This document shows positions 59,547 through 64,000 of a stretch of 64,000 bases of DNA, in pieces. The translations under genes and the position numbers were made by a program. The stretch's first letter is position 1. Each line of letters starts with the position of its first letter. Source of the stretch: Christensenellales bacterium (GTDB taxonomy: Bacteria > Bacillota > Clostridia > Christensenellales > CAZKXV01); contig JBMNLD010000002.1 of the NCBI GenBank assembly GCA_050952545.1, forward strand, positions 106,889 through 170,888. The letters run 5' to 3'. A model generated the notes under the pieces. It did not search any database and had not been told where the DNA came from. It saw only the letters and a list, made by a program, of their open reading frames with translations.

Positions 59547-60696
59547 GCTTAAACGCGGCAGATTAATTGCTCTTATAATAGTTGCCGCGCTTATTACCGC
59601 GCTGTTTATCCTTAGAAATAGCGTGTGGGTATGCGAATATGTCTTCGCAAGAGGAGTTTTTCGCGGATACCAGTTCGTAGTGGGGCGTATTACATCGATA
59701 TTGCCCTTTTCTTTTTATGAATTATTTGTCTTAATTGCAATAATAGCGGGACTTATTCTGTTTACGCTTCTGATTATTAAGATTGTAAAAAAAGACTGGA
59801 ATAAAGTCTTAAACGGTCTTATTGCCGCAATATTAACGGTCGCCTCAGTGATACTCCTTTACACTATGACGGCGGTAATGAACTACAACCGTTTGCCCGT
59901 GCCGCTTGAAACCTATGAGGGCGAGGCGAAAAGAGAGGATATCGTAGCTATAGCGGAATACTTTGCAAACGATTACAGCGCTATTGCCGAAAGCCTCGAC
60001 AGAGACGAAAACGGCGATGTCATCTGTCCGTATTCGGACAGGGCGCTTGCGAAAAAAATGCAGCAAGAGTTTCAGCGGCTCAAGTCGCCGTATTTTAATA
60101 CCTTTACGCCTGTTGCAAAAACTATGGTTACAAGCGAATTTATGTCCCACAACAGGCTGCTCGGCGTGTATTTCTCGCCGACGGGCGAAGCGAATATCAA
60201 TAAGAATATGCCTAATGCCGATAAACCGTATACAATGGCGCACGAACTCGCGCATTCGATAGGAATAATGCGCGAAGGCGACGCTAATCTAATAGCAGCT
60301 TATATTACGCTGACATCTAAGGATGATTATATCAGGTATTCGGGGTATTTTAATACTTTTTACAGTATCAGGACAATGGTTCTTTTCATGTACGGGGAAA
60401 CAAGCGAAGAGTATCTGGGCATTAATGATATGATGAGCGCTAAGATTTGGGAAGACCATGATTATAACAGCGATTACTGGAGCAAATACCAATCCGTTAT
60501 CGACCGCGTGTCCGAATTTTTTAACGATACCTATCTGAAAATTATGGGACAATCCGAAGGAACGGGCTCGTATGACGACTCATACGATTACGGCATTATC
60601 GAGACGGGCGAAATTAACGAACAGGGCGAGCGGATTTATGAAATCGATTTGTCCGATGTAATGAGAATTTATCTTGATATTTATTATAATGGGTAA
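59536..60696 (+). CDS. DUF3810 family membrane metalloprotease-like protein
   Basis: GVYFSPTGEANIN and AHELAHSIGIMREGDAN (HExxH), RYSG. Confidence 0.85.
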   Translation: MKIKLKRGRLIALIIVAALITALFILRNSVWVCEYVFARGVFRGYQFVVGRITSILPFSFYELFVLIAIIAGLILFTLLIIKIVKKDWNKVLNGLIAAILTVASVILLYTMTAVMNYNRLPVPLETYEGEAKREDIVAIAEYFANDYSAIAESLDRDENGDVICPYSDRALAKKMQQEFQRLKSPYFNTFTPVAKTMVTSEFMSHNRLLGVYFSPTGEANINKNMPNADKPYTMAHELAHSIGIMREGDANLIAAYITLTSKDDYIRYSGYFNTFYSIRTMVLFMYGETSEEYLGINDMMSAKIWEDHDYNSDYWSKYQSVIDRVSEFFNDTYLKIMGQSEGTGSYDDSYDYGIIETGEINEQGERIYEIDLSDVMRIYLDIYYNG

Positions 60697-60775
60697 GATT
60701 TTTATATCTGAATTCTTGTTATTTAAGATGTATTTGTGCTATTATTAGACAAATAATTTTTATACGGAGCATAAA

Positions 60776-61966
60776 ATGGAAATTTCATCAAGACTTAAAT
60801 CAATGCAGGAATCGCCTATCAGGAAATTAGTGCCCATTGCAGAGGCGGCGAAGAAACAGGGAAAGAAAGTATATCACTTAAATATCGGTCAGCCTGACAT
60901 TGAAACGCCTAAGGAGTTTTTCAGCGCAATAAGAAGCTACAGTTCCAAGGTGCTTTCTTATTGCTTTTCACAGGGTATGCCCGAGCTTATCGACGCGATG
61001 ATAGGCTATTATAAAAAGTACGGTATAAACTTCGAGCCTAATCAGATACTCATCACCAACGGCGGCAGTGAAGCGCTCCTGTTCGCGCTTATCGCGACAT
61101 GCGACTACGGCGACGAAGTGCTGGTGCCGGAGCCGTTTTATACGAACTACAACGGCTTTTCTCTGCCCGTAGGGGTGAAAATCGTGCCGATAACGACTTA
61201 TGCCGAAGACGGTTTCAGGTTGCCCTCGCTTGAAGAAATGGAGAAACTCGTTACTCCGAGAACCAAGGCGATATTGCTCTCCAATCCCGGAAATCCCACC
61301 GGCGCAGTATACGATAAGGAGCAGGTCAGATCGGTATGCGCGCTCGCGCTGATTCATAACCTATTTATCATCGCCGACGAGGTGTACAGGGAATTTACAT
61401 ACGACGGACTTGAATATACTAGTTTCGGCAGCGTTAAAGAAGTCGAGGACAGGGTATTGATTATAGATTCTATATCCAAGAGGTATTCCGCCTGCGGAGC
61501 GAGAATAGGATCAATTGCGTCCAAGAACGACTACCTTATGAGCAACATATTGAAGCTATGCCAGAGCAGATTATGCGTTCCCACTCTCGAAATGCAGGGC
61601 GCAATCGAGCTCTATAAGACGGATATAGCGTATTTTGACTCCGTTAACAAAGAGTATACTTTAAGGAGAAATATCGTCTATAACGCCTTAAAGGAAATGG
61701 ACGGCGTAATATGCAAAGAGCCTAAAGGCGCTTTTTATGTCATAGCGAAGTTGCCGGTAGACAACGCGGAGGACTTTGTAATATGGCTGCTTAAAGAGTT
61801 CGATGTGGACGGCGAGACGGTGATGTTCGCTCCCGCCGAGGGCTTTTACGCGACGCCGAGACTGGGTAAAGACGAAGTGAGAATGGCGTATGTATTAAAC
61901 GAGAACGACCTGAAAAAAGCTATGAATATCTTGAAGCTGGGTCTTATCGCTTATAATAACAGGTAA
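60776..61966 (+). CDS. Class I/II PLP-dependent aminotransferase (AspAT-like)
   Basis: LNIGQPD, NPGNPTG, ADEVYREF and DSISKRYSACGARIG. Confidence 0.95.
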   Translation: MEISSRLKSMQESPIRKLVPIAEAAKKQGKKVYHLNIGQPDIETPKEFFSAIRSYSSKVLSYCFSQGMPELIDAMIGYYKKYGINFEPNQILITNGGSEALLFALIATCDYGDEVLVPEPFYTNYNGFSLPVGVKIVPITTYAEDGFRLPSLEEMEKLVTPRTKAILLSNPGNPTGAVYDKEQVRSVCALALIHNLFIIADEVYREFTYDGLEYTSFGSVKEVEDRVLIIDSISKRYSACGARIGSIASKNDYLMSNILKLCQSRLCVPTLEMQGAIELYKTDIAYFDSVNKEYTLRRNIVYNALKEMDGVICKEPKGAFYVIAKLPVDNAEDFVIWLLKEFDVDGETVMFAPAEGFYATPRLGKDEVRMAYVLNENDLKKAMNILKLGLIAYNNR

Positions 61967-61967
61967 T

Positions 61968-61996
61968 TTGACAATTTAGGGCTATTTACATATAAT
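61968..61996 (+). promoter_or_regulatory. Consensus sigma70 promoter
   Basis: TTGACA(61968-73)-N17-TATAAT(61991-96). Confidence 0.85.
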
Positions 61997-62001
61997 AATT
62001 A

Positions 62002-62078
62002 AGAACAGACTATACTTAATTGTATGAAGTCGGGCGAAAGCAACAGTAAATCTGCGGGACACATTGTTCCGCTTTTTT
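62002..62078 (+). ncRNA. NiCo (czcD-motif)-like riboswitch with overlapping terminator
   Basis: GAACAGAC..GTCGGGC-GAAA-GCAACAG-TAAAT-CTGCGGGACA parallels the recalled NiCo pattern; terminator GCGGGAC/GTTCCGC-T6; upstream of a CDF exporter. Confidence 0.7.
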
Positions 62079-62091
62079 ATAAGGGTAAATA

Positions 62092-62997
62092 ATGGAAAAT
62101 AAAAAGATTAAGAATATGACTATAATAGGCTTTATAACAAACGCGGTTTTATCCGTATTTAAGATTATAGCCGGAATAATAGGCAGAAGCGGCGCTATGA
62201 TAGCGGACGGCATACATTCGATATCGGATTTTCTCACGGATATAATCGTATTGTTCGGATTAAAATACACCGAGATGCCCGCGGATAAAGACCATAATTA
62301 CGGCCATAACAAATTCGCGACGGTCTCAATCGCTTTTATCAGTTTCTTTCTGATAGTCGCCGGCTATGAAATCATAAAGAACGCTATACAGAATATAATA
62401 TTATTCTCCAAAGGCAATTTAAGCGCCGCCCCCAAGCCGATTGCCCTTTACGCGGCGGGCATTTCTATTATCGTAAAAGAATTTCTTTATCGCTATACGA
62501 TGTATTACGCCAAGAAATACGATAATCCAATGGTTAAAGCCAATGCCTGGCATCATCGTTCCGACGCGCTTTCATCCGTCGCCGCACTTCTCGGTATCGG
62601 CGCAGCTGTAATATTCGGAGGCAAATGGACAATACTCGACCCCGTCGCCTCTATCGTTGTCAGCATTTTTATCTTTATTGTCGCAATACAGATATTAAAG
62701 CCCGCTATCGACGAGCTTACGGAGCGCTCCGTGCCCGACGAAATTAAGCAAAAAATCATTAATTTAATAGATGCCGACGAAAATGTCTTAGGTCATCATA
62801 ATTTAAGAACAAGGAATCTCGGCAAGAGAATAGTTGTCGAAGCGCATATTTTCGTCGATAAAGACCTGTCCGTCACGGAGTCTCACGACATCACCAAACG
62901 AATTGAAGACACCCTGAAAGCGGAAATCAACGAGAATATGGTGATAACAATTCATATAGAGCCGTTCTGTGAAAATAAAGCGAACCGGTTCAATTAA
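62092..62997 (+). CDS. Cation diffusion facilitator (FieF/CzcD-like)
   Basis: ADGIHSISD, HNYGH, AWHHRSDA and ITIHIEP. Confidence 0.95.
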   Translation: MENKKIKNMTIIGFITNAVLSVFKIIAGIIGRSGAMIADGIHSISDFLTDIIVLFGLKYTEMPADKDHNYGHNKFATVSIAFISFFLIVAGYEIIKNAIQNIILFSKGNLSAAPKPIALYAAGISIIVKEFLYRYTMYYAKKYDNPMVKANAWHHRSDALSSVAALLGIGAAVIFGGKWTILDPVASIVVSIFIFIVAIQILKPAIDELTERSVPDEIKQKIINLIDADENVLGHHNLRTRNLGKRIVVEAHIFVDKDLSVTESHDITKRIEDTLKAEINENMVITIHIEPFCENKANRFN

Positions 62998-63019
62998 TAA
63001 ACAATGATTAATCATCTAT

Positions 63020-63050
63020 CTTTCCGTTGTCCGTCGAGGACAACGGAAAG
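63020..63050. repeat. REP-like palindrome (family A)
   Basis: ctttccgttgtcc-gtcga-ggacaacggaaag. Confidence 0.75.
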
Positions 63051-63083
63051 AAAAGACGCCGTCTCTTGAAGACGGCGGAAAAA

Positions 63084-63332
63084 TTATTGACTATAGGTGG
63101 TTTTAGTCTGGTTAATTTCGTTGGCGTCTGCCATTTTTATTTTGTAGTAGCCTTTATTTTTCATCGCTTCAAAGACCTGAAACTGCTGATTGGCGATGAC
63201 ATCCATATTGTTGCTTAAGACCGTCCTGATTTCCGCGGACGAGCCTTCGGGAAGAAAAGTCCCGTATACCTTGATTATTTCCTTTTCCTGCATCAGGATA
63301 TCCGACATTGTGTCTTTCTCGTTCAATCCCAT
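63084..63332 (-). CDS. Spore coat protein (Coat F domain)
   Basis: LNEKD.M.D.L..EK...; QFQVFEAMKNKGYY. Confidence 0.8.
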   Translation of the reverse strand: MGLNEKDTMSDILMQEKEIIKVYGTFLPEGSSAEIRTVLSNNMDVIANQQFQVFEAMKNKGYYKIKMADANEINQTKTTYSQ

Positions 63333-63343
63333 AATAATTCTCC

Positions 63344-63535
63344 TTATAATAATTTCAGAAGCGCCTGAAAGTTCTTGTTATGGTTATCTTCCAGGGTCTT
63401 GCATAGCTTTTTCAGCGCGGGATCCGTCAGGGTCTCGCCATACATTTTGCTTTTTTTTGCCGCCATTTGTTCGTATGAGAGCAAATCGTTGAGTATACCT
63501 AATTCTTTCTGTGTCAATGCTGTTTTAGGCATCAT
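63344..63535 (-). CDS. Small spore-coat-associated protein
   Basis: LTQKEL..L.D.L..EQ...KK...Y.....DP.LK pattern; adjacent to the Coat F gene. Confidence 0.7.
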   Translation of the reverse strand: MMPKTALTQKELGILNDLLSYEQMAAKKSKMYGETLTDPALKKLCKTLEDNHNKNFQALLKLL

Positions 63536-63709
63536 TATCCTCCTTAATGTTTGATAATTTTAGTTTTGCCATTCAGCCGTTAATAATACATCTTTCAAGG
63601 ATAAATAAAGCGCCTGTCCGCCTTAATGACTTGACAATGACCGTATAAAAGGATAATATATTAAAAATTATATAATGGGATAATATATAGTTTTATGTAA
63701 GGAGTAATA

Positions 63710-64000
63710 ATGGTCATAGTATTAAAACCCGGCGCATCCGTTACGGAAAAGAACGAAATAATATCGCTGCTCACCGTAAGCGGTCTCAAAGTACACATTT
63801 CCGAAGGCGCGGAACGCACTATTATCGGAATCATAGGAGACAAGAGCAGATTAACGGGAGTCGCCCTCGAATTATTGCCCGGCGTCGAAAAGCTCGTGCC
63901 TATTATGGAGTCATATAAATTAGCGAGTAGGACATTCAACCCCGAAGGCACGGTAATAGATGTAAAAGGCAGGAAAATAGGCGGCGCTGAGCTTGCGCTA
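63710..64000 (+). CDS. aroF: DAHP synthase type I-beta (3'-partial)
   Basis: AAGGAG RBS; MVIVLKPGA...G.ERTIIGIIGD...YKLASRTFNPEGTVIDV. Confidence 0.9.
   Translation, partial: MVIVLKPGASVTEKNEIISLLTVSGLKVHISEGAERTIIGIIGDKSRLTGVALELLPGVEKLVPIMESYKLASRTFNPEGTVIDVKGRKIGGAELAL

Overview
Bacterial chromosomal window, probably from a spore-forming Bacillota/Clostridia genome (inferred from the tRNA set, the Na+-decarboxylase beta subunit, and SafA-, BclA- and CotF-like genes). Backbone genes: partial feoB at the left edge, then 24.2-64 kb of housekeeping, transport, sporulation and carbohydrate genes ending in a partial aroF. The main accessory feature is a ~21.7 kb island (2481-24208) attached to the 3' end of tRNA-Val(CAC). 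It is bounded by a 24-bp duplication of the tRNA 3' end and a perfect 97-bp direct repeat, and I found no integrase in it. It contains a GC-rich sugar-utilisation fragment (2656-6924) and a strongly AT-rich segment (6921-24090). The AT-rich segment holds a GHKL-ATPase/DUF6339-like module that appears decayed and a tightly coupled 11.5 kb operon: HEPN-like protein, ~1500-aa SF1 helicase split by one frameshift, 710-aa protein with a C-terminal HEPN motif, coiled-coil protein, ClpB-like AAA+ ATPase, NrdG-like radical SAM protein and Mini-RNase III-like protein. This operon matches no named system I can recall and is my best candidate for an undescribed, probably anti-phage, system. It is preceded by a ~215-nt terminated leader and bracketed by ~135-bp diverged direct repeats. 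Other structure: a ~149-bp multi-hairpin element inserted at the 3' ends of two different tRNA genes, a 170-bp tandem array carrying att-like cores, a NiCo-type riboswitch, a structured oadB leader and a family of REP-like palindromes. Family assignments come from recalled motifs, not database searches, and GC estimates are by eye.
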